This document shows, piece after piece, positions 1-8,635 of a stretch of 34,091 bases of DNA (positions are counted from its first letter, which is position 1; the number at the start of each line of letters is the position of its first letter). The notes beneath the pieces were generated by a model, which ran no database searches, was not told where the DNA came from, and saw only the letters and a list, made by a program, of their open reading frames with translations. This DNA comes from an uncultured Eubacteriales bacterium. GTDB taxonomy: Bacteria > Bacillota > Clostridia > Clostridiales > Clostridiaceae. The stretch is taken from assembly GCA_900317445.1 (NCBI GenBank), contig ONGV01000097.1:1-34091 (forward strand), in the 5' to 3' direction. Position numbers and translations under genes: made by a program.

Positions 1-438
1 GCAGATACTGAAAATAATGTAAAGTATGAATTTGATACAAAGTTTGGTCCAAGATATGCAAACCTTACAAATCGTGTAATATATAATCAATTTGAAGTAA
101 TTCAAAAATTTGCAGAAAAAAGTTCATGTGTTATTATAGGGCGTTGTAGTGACTATATATTAAGGGATAGAAAGGATTGCCTAAATATATTTATATATGC
201 ACCAGAAAAGGTAAGAATTCAGTCTATAATGGAAAAAAATAATGTTTCTGAAAAAGAAGCAGAGGAAATGATGAAATATAATGATGAAATGTTACATACT
301 CGTTATAAATATATGACAGGAACTTATCGTGGAGACCGTAAAAATCGTCATATGATGATTGATAGTAGTGTGCTTGGATGGGATAAAACAGCAAAGTATA
401 TTTTACAATTAATTGAATTAAAATTTTCAAATGTATAA
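1..438 (+). CDS. Cytidylate kinase-like family protein, 5'-truncated by the window edge
   Basis: Frame 1 is open from base 1 (ADTENNVK...SCVIIGRCSDYILRDRKDCLNIFIYAP...IDSSVLGWD) to TAA at 436-438. CVIIGRCxDYIL and IFIYAP are typical of this family. The 229..438 ORF in the track is only its C-terminal part. Confidence 0.8.
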   Translation, partial: ADTENNVKYEFDTKFGPRYANLTNRVIYNQFEVIQKFAEKSSCVIIGRCSDYILRDRKDCLNIFIYAPEKVRIQSIMEKNNVSEKEAEEMMKYNDEMLHTRYKYMTGTYRGDRKNRHMMIDSSVLGWDKTAKYILQLIELKFSNV

Positions 439-475
439 AATAAATTATAAAAATTCATATAATATAAATTCTAAC

Positions 476-537
476 AAGGGCGTTAGAAACAGATAAAAGT
501 TAAGTATAAAAATTTATACTCTGTTTCTAATGCTTTT
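476..537 (+). terminator. Long stem-loop / probable intrinsic terminator
   Basis: GCGTTAGAAACAGA pairs with TCTGTTTCTAATGC (one G-U) around an inner AGTATAAA/TTTATACT repeat, followed by a T tract. Confidence 0.65.
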
Positions 538-618
538 TATTTTACAAGAAATTATGTTTTTTTAATAAGTTGAGGATAATTAAGAAAAAAGATATTGAGA
601 AAAATGGAGTTGAGACAA

Positions 619-3276
619 ATGGAAAAGAAAAAATCAGAATTTGATAAAGTCTTTAGTGCATGGGACATTCTTGTAATTGCCTTTGGTGCCATGATTGGTT
701 GGGGATGGGTTGTATCAACAGGTGATTGGATAAACAGAGGAGGAGTAATTGGTGCAATAATTGGTTTTGCAATTGGTGGCTTTATGATATTCTTTGTTGG
801 TCTTACATATGCAGAACTTACATCAGCAATGCCACAATGTGGAGGAGAGCATGTATTTAGTTATAAAGCAATGGGACCTATTGGTTCATTTATATGTACT
901 TGGGCAATTATTTTAGGATATGTTAGTGTTGTATGTTTTGAAGCTTGTGCATTCCCTACAATAATTCAATATATTTATCCAGGATTTTTAAAAGGATATT
1001 TATATACAGTTGCTGGATTTGATATTTATGCTTCATGGCTTGCAGTTGCTGTAATATTATCAATATTTATAACTTATATAAATATAAAGGGAGCTAAAAC
1101 AGCAGCAATACTTCAAACAATACTTACAGCTATAATTGGTGGTGTTGGAATACTATTAATTGTTTCTTCAGCAATAACAGGTGATGCTTCTAATCTTCAA
1201 GGTCAATTATTTATGGGTGAATCTACAGGAAGTATAATAAAAGCAATTATTAGTGTTGCTGTTGTAACCCCATTCTTCTTTATAGGATTTGATGTTATTC
1301 CACAGGCAGCAGAAGAAATTAATGTTCCTCTTAAAAAAATAGGAAAAATATTAATTTTATCAATAGTTTTAGCAGTTATATTTTATGCTTTAATTATTTT
1401 GGGTGTTGGATATCTTATGAATCCTCAAGATATCTTAGCTTCTCAAGCCGGTTCTGGTATGGTTACAGCAGATGCTATGGCAAAGGCATTTAATAGTAGC
1501 ATTATGTCAAAGGTTTTAATTGTTGGTGGTATGTGTGGTATTGTTACAAGCTGGAACTCATTTTTAATTGGTGGAAGCCGTGCAATGTATTCTATGGCAG
1601 AATCTTATATGATTCCACGTTTCTTTGTAAAATTACATAAAAAATATAAAACTCCTGTTAATGCTCTTTACCTAATTGGTGCTTTGTCAGTACTTGCTCC
1701 ATTTTGCGGACGTAAGATGCTTGTTTGGATTGTAGATGCTGGTAACTTTGGATGTTGTCTTGCATATTGTATGGTTGCAATTTCATTTATAATTTTAAGA
1801 AAGAAAGAGCCAGATATGGCAAGACCATATAAGGTAAAACATTATAAAATAGTAGGAGTTATTGCAGTTTTAATGTCTGGTTTAATGGTTGCAATGTATG
1901 TAATTCCTAATTCAGGATGTACACTTGTATGGCAAGAAGTGTGTATGGCAGGTGGCTGGTGCTTATTAGGATTAGTTTTTTGTATAGCATGTAAATTAAA
2001 ATATAAAGAAAAGTTTGGTTCACATATTGATGTAGCTATTGATGAATCTGAATTAGAAGAAAAGACTGATGATTTAAGTATAAGAGTAGAAAAAGCTATT
2101 AATACTGTAAAAGTAAAAGAAGCTGAAAAATATGAAAATCCTTCAATAGATTTCTCATTTTTCCTACCTGTTAATGTGGTATTTGGATGTGGAAAATTAA
2201 AAGAGGTTGGAAATTTAACAAAACCATATGGTAAAAAAGCCTTAATTGTTACAGGAAAAAGTAGTGCTAAGAAATCTGGTATTTATGATAAGGTAAATGA
2301 AAGCTTGAAAAAAGTTGGAATTGACACTGTATTATTTGATAAAGTTACTCCAAATCCATTAACAACAACAGCTATAGAAGGAGCTAAATTTGCAAATGAA
2401 AATGGCTGTGATGTAGTTGTTGGAATTGGTGGAGGAAGTATAATGGATTGTGCAAAAGCAATAGCCTTCCTTTCAGTAAATAAAGGTGATATTAATGATT
2501 ATATATTTAATAAAATACAAAGTGATAAAGCACTTCCACTAGTTTTAATTCCAACAACATGTGGAACAGGTTCAGAAGGAAATGGATTTGCAGTTCTTAC
2601 AAACCCTGAAAACGGAGATAAAAAATCTTTACGTTGTAATGCTATTGTTGCAAAGGTATCTATTGTAGACCCAGAGTGTATGATGACAATGCCAAAGAAA
2701 GTTTTAGCCTCTGTTGGATTTGATGCATTGTGTCACAATATTGAAGCTTATACCTCTAAAATTTCACAACCATTTACAGATGCTTTAAGCCTTTATGCAA
2801 TTTCACTTATTGCTGATAACTTAGTAGATGTTTATAATGGCAGTGAAGAAAAAGAAGCTTGGGAAAAGATAACACTTGCAAGTACTATTGGAGGTATGGT
2901 TATAAATACAGCAGGAGTTACATTAGCTCATGGTATGGAGCATCCAGCAAGTGGATTAAAAAATATTGTTCATGGACAAGGTCTTGCAGCATTAACTCCA
3001 ACAATTATTGAAGCTTCTTATAAAGGAAATAGAGATAAATTTGGAAAAATTGCAAGAATATTTGGAGGTCTTACAGCAGAAGATTGTTCAATGAAAATTC
3101 GTACATTACTTAAAAAGCTTGACCTTGAATGTAAATTATCTGACCTTGGAATAACAGAAGAGGATATTCCATGGATGGCAGAAAACTGCATGAAGGTATC
3201 TTTAGCTAGTGTTAAAAATAACCCAATTGTATTTACTAAAGAGGAAATTGCAAAAATATATATAAAAGCACTATAA
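619..3276 (+). CDS. APC-family amino acid/polyamine permease fused to an iron-containing alcohol dehydrogenase
   Basis: The N-terminal ~470 aa are polytopic with APC motifs (FGAMIGWGW, YAELTSAMPQCGGE, FIGFDVIPQAAEE, SRAMYSMA). The C-terminal ~375 aa carry Fe-ADH motifs (GGGSIMD, PTTCGTGSE, DALCHNIE, HGMEH, HGQG). Start placed at ATG 619, downstream of GGAG at 606-609. Confidence 0.9.
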   Translation: MEKKKSEFDKVFSAWDILVIAFGAMIGWGWVVSTGDWINRGGVIGAIIGFAIGGFMIFFVGLTYAELTSAMPQCGGEHVFSYKAMGPIGSFICTWAIILGYVSVVCFEACAFPTIIQYIYPGFLKGYLYTVAGFDIYASWLAVAVILSIFITYINIKGAKTAAILQTILTAIIGGVGILLIVSSAITGDASNLQGQLFMGESTGSIIKAIISVAVVTPFFFIGFDVIPQAAEEINVPLKKIGKILILSIVLAVIFYALIILGVGYLMNPQDILASQAGSGMVTADAMAKAFNSSIMSKVLIVGGMCGIVTSWNSFLIGGSRAMYSMAESYMIPRFFVKLHKKYKTPVNALYLIGALSVLAPFCGRKMLVWIVDAGNFGCCLAYCMVAISFIILRKKEPDMARPYKVKHYKIVGVIAVLMSGLMVAMYVIPNSGCTLVWQEVCMAGGWCLLGLVFCIACKLKYKEKFGSHIDVAIDESELEEKTDDLSIRVEKAINTVKVKEAEKYENPSIDFSFFLPVNVVFGCGKLKEVGNLTKPYGKKALIVTGKSSAKKSGIYDKVNESLKKVGIDTVLFDKVTPNPLTTTAIEGAKFANENGCDVVVGIGGGSIMDCAKAIAFLSVNKGDINDYIFNKIQSDKALPLVLIPTTCGTGSEGNGFAVLTNPENGDKKSLRCNAIVAKVSIVDPECMMTMPKKVLASVGFDALCHNIEAYTSKISQPFTDALSLYAISLIADNLVDVYNGSEEKEAWEKITLASTIGGMVINTAGVTLAHGMEHPASGLKNIVHGQGLAALTPTIIEASYKGNRDKFGKIARIFGGLTAEDCSMKIRTLLKKLDLECKLSDLGITEEDIPWMAENCMKVSLASVKNNPIVFTKEEIAKIYIKAL

Positions 3277-3283
3277 ACAATGT

Positions 3284-3321
3284 AAAAAAGGCAGGAACTC
3301 TTTGATGTTTCTGTCTTTTTT
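3284..3321 (+). terminator. Intrinsic terminator
   Basis: AAAAAAGGCAGGAAC ... GTTTCTGTCTTTTTT directly after the stop codon. Confidence 0.75.
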
Positions 3322-3409
3322 ATTTAATAGAAAATTATAAAATGATATAATAAAGAAAAATTCTTGAATAATATCAAAACTATATGTAAATAATAATTTT
3401 AAGTAAAAA

Positions 3410-3769
3410 TGTAAAAAGAAATTAAAAGAGAGCATGAAAAAATATGAAAATTAAAAAAAGAAAGGAGGAACTGCTACTAAATCTAATATGAACAAGCAAA
3501 TAGTTAAGGTACAAAATATAAATGTGAATGTGGATATATTGAAGATAGAAATTATAATGCAAGTCTTAATTTAAGAGATTGTTTAACTTACAAAGTAGAA
3601 TAATAAAAGTTATTTTAAGTATGTACCGATGGCTAGTCGAGAATTTACGACTGTGGAGTATTATATCAAATGTAAGTAGCTTTGAAGTTATTGATTAGCA
3701 AAAACAGATAGGTTGAAACAGTAAAATTCTTAAAATATTTATATTTGATTACATTTTTTAAGTAGCAGG
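3410..3769 (+). mobile_element. tnpB: Internally deleted IS607/IS200-IS605-type remnant: tnpB fragments plus right end
   Basis: 3461-3514 reads KGGTATKSNMNKQIVKVQ, resembling the helical region of clostridial TnpB. In another frame, 3517-3603 reads YKCECGYIEDRNYNASLNLRDCLTYKVE*, the TnpB Zn-finger/RuvC-III motif CxCG...DRDxNAxxNL with D to N. A non-coding tail ending ...AGTAGCAGG follows. No tnpA or left end is recognisable. Confidence 0.8.
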
Positions 3770-3789
3770 CTTTTATGTGTACAGGATTA
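3604..3789 (+). ncRNA. Putative TnpB omegaRNA (reRNA) scaffold ending at 3769, plus ~20-nt flanking guide
   Basis: Lies between the tnpB stop and the element end. Locally GC-richer, with stems CGAT/GTCG (3627-3639) and ACTGT (3650-3654)/ACAGT (3718-3722). Matches my recollection of clostridial IS607 right ends; no covariance model was run. Confidence 0.6.
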
Positions 3790-4764
3790 AATTTAGTTAC
3801 TAAAGATGGAAAGCATATATTTGGAAGGAGTCTAGATGTTACATGTTCTTATGGTGAATCAGTTAACATAGTACCAAGAAATTTTGAATGGTTAAATGTA
3901 GTTGACAACAAAACTTATAAAACAAAATATGCTTGTATTGCTATGAGTATAGTAGTAGATAATCATCCATTTCTTTTTGATGGAGTAAACGAAAAAGGGT
4001 TAGCAGGTGGAGGATTAAACTTTTTATCCTTTGCAAAATTTAGTGATGAAGAAATTGAAGGAAAAGAAAATATATCAGCTTCAGACTTTGTATTATGGGC
4101 GTTAAGTAATTTTTCTAATTTAGAAGAACTTAAAAATGCACTAAAAAATTTAACTTTGGTAAATAAAAGTTTTAAAAAAGAGCTTCCAGTACAAGGACTA
4201 CATTGGATGTTTACTGATTTAAGTGGAAAAAGCATAGTTATAGAAAACATGGAAGATGGAATGCATATATATGATAATCCAGTAGGAGTTCTTACTAATG
4301 ACCCTACCTTTACTTGGCAAATAATGAATTTAAACCAATATGTAACCTTAAAAGCAGAAGAGCCATCTGGTAAAACAATAGAAAATTTAAATACATTTAC
4401 ATATGGTCATGGACTAGGAATGTGTGGCATGCCAGGAGATTATTCTCCAGCAGCTAGATTTGTAAGAACAGTATTCTTTAAAGATAACATAGTATATGCA
4501 GAAGATGAAAAAAGTGGAGTAACAGCATTTTTTAATATTTTATCCACAGTAAACATACCAAAAGGTTCTGAAAGAGAGGAAAATGGAAGTATGAATTATA
4601 CCTCATATAAATCAGCTATTTGTCAAGAAAGTGGAACATATTATTATACAACTTATGATAATAGACGTATAAATGCAATAAGTTTATTTAAAGAAAATTT
4701 AGATTCAAAAGATATAATTAATTTTAAATTTAATAAAGAAGAGGATATATTATTTCAAAATTAA
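3775..4764 (+). CDS. bsh: Choloylglycine hydrolase family (bile salt hydrolase / penicillin V acylase), Ntn hydrolase
   Basis: N-terminal MCTG (Cys2 nucleophile), GRSLD, DGVNEKGL, GVLTNDPTF, PGDYSPAARFVR; 329 aa. BSH versus PVA specificity cannot be resolved by eye. Confidence 0.88.
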   Translation: MCTGLNLVTKDGKHIFGRSLDVTCSYGESVNIVPRNFEWLNVVDNKTYKTKYACIAMSIVVDNHPFLFDGVNEKGLAGGGLNFLSFAKFSDEEIEGKENISASDFVLWALSNFSNLEELKNALKNLTLVNKSFKKELPVQGLHWMFTDLSGKSIVIENMEDGMHIYDNPVGVLTNDPTFTWQIMNLNQYVTLKAEEPSGKTIENLNTFTYGHGLGMCGMPGDYSPAARFVRTVFFKDNIVYAEDEKSGVTAFFNILSTVNIPKGSEREENGSMNYTSYKSAICQESGTYYYTTYDNRRINAISLFKENLDSKDIINFKFNKEEDILFQN

Positions 4765-4797
4765 TAATTAAAATTAAATAATAAAAGAGGGATAATT

Positions 4798-5316
4798 ATG
4801 AAAAAGGGAATTATTTTAGTATTAATATCAATATCATTAGTTATGGTAGGATGCACTAAAAATAGTGAAGAAAAAAATAATGAAACAGTAGATACAAAAA
4901 CAGTATCAAATAATGAAATATCCACAGAAACAAGCAATAAAGAAGATGAAGAAAAAAAGAATTATAAGGAAGAGTATTTAAAAAAACTTAACTCTTTAGA
5001 TAAGTATTTAGAAACTTCAGTAAGTGAAGGAACTGGCACAACTATTGAAATGAAAGAAGCAGAAAATACTAGATATAAAAGCTGGGATGATATGTTAAAT
5101 GAAATATATAATTTGTTAAAAACTCAACTTACAGAAGATGAAATGAAAAAACTTCAAGAGGAAGAAATAAATTGGATAAAATATAGAGATGAAACTGCTG
5201 AAAATGCATCAAAGAAATTTGAAGGAGGTACCCTACAGTCAGTAGAATATGTTTCTTCTTTAACAAAAACTACAAAAAATAGATGCTATGAATTAGTAAA
5301 TAATTACATGAGATAA
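4798..5316 (+). CDS. Lipoprotein with LprI/DUF1311-like (lysozyme inhibitor) domain
   Basis: Signal peptide with lipobox (VMVG-C). C-terminal WDDMLNEIY...LQEEEINWIKYRD...TKNRCYEL pattern. SD AAGAGG. Confidence 0.75.
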   Translation: MKKGIILVLISISLVMVGCTKNSEEKNNETVDTKTVSNNEISTETSNKEDEEKKNYKEEYLKKLNSLDKYLETSVSEGTGTTIEMKEAENTRYKSWDDMLNEIYNLLKTQLTEDEMKKLQEEEINWIKYRDETAENASKKFEGGTLQSVEYVSSLTKTTKNRCYELVNNYMR

Positions 5317-5319
5317 TAA

Positions 5320-5505
5320 TTTCATAAGCTTTTAGAAAAAATAGTGAAGCTCAATCCTAGTTTAGAATATCAAACAGTATATGGTGATTCAGAAAAAATA
5401 TTAAATTATGTTATAAGGCAGCTAAAAAATGAATTAGTAGATAGACCTTTTTTAGGAACTTTAAAAGAAGAATTTTTAGATAGAATATTTGAAAATAAAC
5501 AATAG
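5320..5505 (+). pseudogene. 3' fragment of an unidentified gene
   Basis: 61 open codons with coding-like composition (FHKLLEKIVKLNPSLEYQTVYGDSEKILNYVIRQLKNELVDRPFLGTLKEEFLDRIFENKQ*), but no ATG or SD. Confidence 0.45.
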
Positions 5506-5574
5506 AAAACCTTAAATTTATGATATAATAAAATTAAGTTAAATTTTTGGAAGATATGTTTGGGGGCCTATAAT

Positions 5575-6051
5575 ATGGAGGAATCATATTCACAAGATAA
5601 TAAGGTATTAAAATGGATAAAAAGAATATCTATAGCTTTAATAATAGGAAGTGTTATATATGCTTTATATCCTAAAATAGAAGGTATAATAAATTCTGCT
5701 AAAAAAATGGCTGATGTAGCTAATGCTAGAAACATTTATAATACTATATCAGAAGCTCTCATATTAGATGAAGTTGAAGCACCTAAGAAAAGTATCTATA
5801 TAGATTTATCAGATAATCCTTTAAAAAAAGAAGATGAATTAGGAAATAAAATAGATATAGAATATATTTATAAAATAAAAAATAAATTAAAACAAAAAAC
5901 AAATTATTATTCTAAATATACAAGGCTTGATAAAAATAAAAGCTTTGTAATATACATAAACAAAGAAGGAAATTTAACAATATATGTATCTTCTATAGAT
6001 TCAAATGAAATAGAGGAGATTTATCCAAAAGGTGAAGGAGTGTATAAATAA
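5575..6051 (+). CDS. Membrane-anchored hypothetical protein, pilin-like N-terminal helix
   Basis: One TM segment followed by SAKKMADVANARNIYNTI. ATG 5575 follows GGGGG at 5562-5566. Extended -10 TGATATAAT at 5521-5529. Confidence 0.65.
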   Translation: MEESYSQDNKVLKWIKRISIALIIGSVIYALYPKIEGIINSAKKMADVANARNIYNTISEALILDEVEAPKKSIYIDLSDNPLKKEDELGNKIDIEYIYKIKNKLKQKTNYYSKYTRLDKNKSFVIYINKEGNLTIYVSSIDSNEIEEIYPKGEGVYK

Positions 6052-6063
6052 ACACTCCTTTTT
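6035..6063. terminator. Bidirectional terminator overlapping the ends of two convergent genes
   Basis: AAGGAGTGT (6035-6043) / ACACTCCTT (6052-6060), then TTT. Confidence 0.7.
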
Positions 6064-6781
6064 AATAAATTTTTTCTTTATCCCATATAAAAAGTTGTTT
6101 GGAATTATTAAGGCATCCAAAAAGATTTTTTTTAAAGCCTGGTATTTGTTTATTTAAATCTTTAATTAAGTTTTTCATATCTTCTCTTTTTGTTTTTCCA
6201 TCAGCAGGGCATGGATTTTTTATTATTGGGAAGTCATATTTTTTTGCTATATTTTTAATTGATTCTTCTTCAATATAAACCATAGGACGTATAAGAGTAA
6301 CTTTATTTTGTTCCATAAAGCTTTTTGGAGAAAAACAATTTATACGTCCTTCGTAACAAATAGAAAGCATAAGAGTTTCTAAAGCATCATCTTTATGATG
6401 ACCTAAAGCAATTTTATTACATCCAAGTTTTTCAGCAGTATCATTTAAAGCACCACGTCTAAGGTTTGCACAAAGAGAGCAAGGATTTTTTTCTTTCCTT
6501 AAATCAAAGACTATTTCCTTTATATTACTTTGAATTTCATAAAAAGGTACATTAATATCTTTACATAGCTTTTCAATAGGAGAATTATCAACTCCACCAG
6601 GATTAATTGTTATTGCAACTATATCAAATTTGTAAGGAGCAAAATTTTTATAGGAATTTAAAAGATGAAGTAAAGTTATACTATCTTTTCCTCCAGATAA
6701 GCCTACAGCTATTTTATCTCCTTCTTCAATAAGATTAAAATCATTTATAGCTTGTCTTAATTTACTAAGAAGTTTTTGCAT
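6062..6781 (-). CDS. ttcA: tRNA 2-thiocytidine biosynthesis TtcA-family protein
   Basis: PP-loop SGGKDS, CSLCANLRRG, LGHHKDD, LIRPM, NPCPADG. SD AGGTGA. Confidence 0.88.
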   Translation of the reverse strand: MQKLLSKLRQAINDFNLIEEGDKIAVGLSGGKDSITLLHLLNSYKNFAPYKFDIVAITINPGGVDNSPIEKLCKDINVPFYEIQSNIKEIVFDLRKEKNPCSLCANLRRGALNDTAEKLGCNKIALGHHKDDALETLMLSICYEGRINCFSPKSFMEQNKVTLIRPMVYIEEESIKNIAKKYDFPIIKNPCPADGKTKREDMKNLIKDLNKQIPGFKKNLFGCLNNSKQLFIWDKEKIY

Positions 6782-7101
6782 TTTTATAAATCACCTACTT
6801 TTAAAGATTAATTATATTTTATAATAAAGCTAGTTAAAGTAAAAGTAAGTTATTTAATTCAATTTTAAAAAATGTTAAAAAAATAAAGAAATTAACTAAT
6901 TAAATAGAAATATTTAAAGCTTACTTATAAAAAACTATTTAAAAATAAACTACAAAGTGATAACCTTAATATATAAAAAAATTAATAATTATTAAATAAT
7001 AGTTACAAGTGAAAAATAACTGTAAAAAATATGAAATGATGTGGTACAATAATAATTATAAAAGCTATAGATTATAGGCATAATTTAAGGGGGAAATATT
7101 T

Positions 7102-8520
7102 ATGGAAAAAGTAAAAACAAAAGGAGTTATTTTATCATCTATAAAAAAGAATAAATCTATAATATTAAAAAGTATTTTAATAACTTTTTTTATTTTGCTT
7201 ATTGTATATATAGGAATTTCTATATTTTTTATAAACCATTTTAATTTTAATTCTACTATTAATGGTATTGATGTTTCAAAAATGAATGTTGATAAGGCAA
7301 ATAAATTATTATTAGCTAATATAAATGAAACCTCATTAAAATTAAAAGAGAGAAATGGAGTAGAAGAAAAAATAAGTGGTAAAGATATTGATTTAAAATA
7401 TACATTAGATGATAAAGTAAAAAGTTTAAAGGATAAACAAAGTGCTTTTGGATGGATTTTTTCATTCTTTTCTGGAGAGGATTCTAATATGCATATATCT
7501 TTATCTTGTAATGAAGATTTATTAGAAGATAAAGTAAATAATCTTCAATGTTTTAAAGAAGAAAATATAATTGAGCCAAAGAGTGCATATCTTCAATATG
7601 AAAATGGAGAATATAAAATAGTTAAAGAAGAGGAAGGGGCAAAGGTAAAAAAAGAACAATTATTAAGTGCTTTAAAGGAAAATATAGAAAAAGGGGAATA
7701 TACTATTAATCTTGAAAAAGAAGATTGTTATGAAAAGCCTAAATATACTTTAGAATCTGAAGAACTTACTAAAATAAAAGAAACTTTAGATAAATATGTT
7801 TCAACAAAAATAACTTATGAATTTGGAGATAAGGAAGAAATATTAAATGGAGATATAATTCATAATTGGATTTCATTAGATGAAAATTTAGATGTAAGTA
7901 TAAATGAAATTATGGTTCAAGATTATGTTACAACCTTAGCATCTTCTTATAATACTTTTGGAAGTACAAGAGATTTTAAAACATCTTCTCAAACTACAAT
8001 TAAAGTAAGTGGTGGAGACTATGGCTGGGTAATTGACAAAACTCAAGAAATACAAAAAATATTAGAAGATATTAAATCAGGAGTTAATGAAAGTAGAGAA
8101 CCTATTTACTCTCAAACAGCAAAATCTCGTGGTGCTAATGATATAGGAAATTCTTATATAGAAATTGATTTAACAAAACAACATGTATGGGTTTATAATG
8201 ATGGAAATATGGTAGCTGACTCTGACTGTGTAAGTGGAAATATGAGTTTAAATCATGGTACACCAGCTGGAGTATATCAAATAACATATAAAGAAAGAAA
8301 TGCAACATTAGTTGGAGAGGGATATAGCTCACCAGTAGATTATTGGATGCCTTTTAATGGAAACATTGGTCTTCATGATGCAAGTTGGAGAAATGGACAA
8401 TTTGGAGGAAATATATATATGACAAATGGTTCTCATGGTTGTGTAAATCTTCCACCTGAAAAAGCAGCAATAATATTTGAAAAAATAGAAAAGGCTATGC
8501 CAGTTGTGTGTTATTATTAA
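7102..8520 (+). CDS. L,D-transpeptidase (YkuD domain) with N-terminal TM and PG-binding-4-like region
   Basis: YIEIDLTKQH, TPAGVY, IGLHDASWR, SHGCVNL catalytic motif. SD AAGGGGG. Confidence 0.92.
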   Translation: MEKVKTKGVILSSIKKNKSIILKSILITFFILLIVYIGISIFFINHFNFNSTINGIDVSKMNVDKANKLLLANINETSLKLKERNGVEEKISGKDIDLKYTLDDKVKSLKDKQSAFGWIFSFFSGEDSNMHISLSCNEDLLEDKVNNLQCFKEENIIEPKSAYLQYENGEYKIVKEEEGAKVKKEQLLSALKENIEKGEYTINLEKEDCYEKPKYTLESEELTKIKETLDKYVSTKITYEFGDKEEILNGDIIHNWISLDENLDVSINEIMVQDYVTTLASSYNTFGSTRDFKTSSQTTIKVSGGDYGWVIDKTQEIQKILEDIKSGVNESREPIYSQTAKSRGANDIGNSYIEIDLTKQHVWVYNDGNMVADSDCVSGNMSLNHGTPAGVYQITYKERNATLVGEGYSSPVDYWMPFNGNIGLHDASWRNGQFGGNIYMTNGSHGCVNLPPEKAAIIFEKIEKAMPVVCYY

Positions 8521-8530
8521 TAACATAAAT

Positions 8531-8579
8531 AAAAGGATTATTACAAAAGTTTTTTTAGATTTTGTAATAATCCTTTTTT
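8531..8579. terminator. Bidirectional terminator
   Basis: Perfect 18-bp arms AAAAGGATTATTACAAAA / TTTTGTAATAATCCTTTT between convergent genes. Confidence 0.85.
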
Positions 8580-8635
8580 ACTTTATAAAAAATTATATAA
8601 TTTTCTAAAGTTATAAAATAACAATTAACACTTTT

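Noticed and set aside
3330-3460. Group I intron (IStron) at the left of the tnpB remnant
   Set aside because: Only about 100 nt of AT-rich sequence; no intron core or left end is recognisable.
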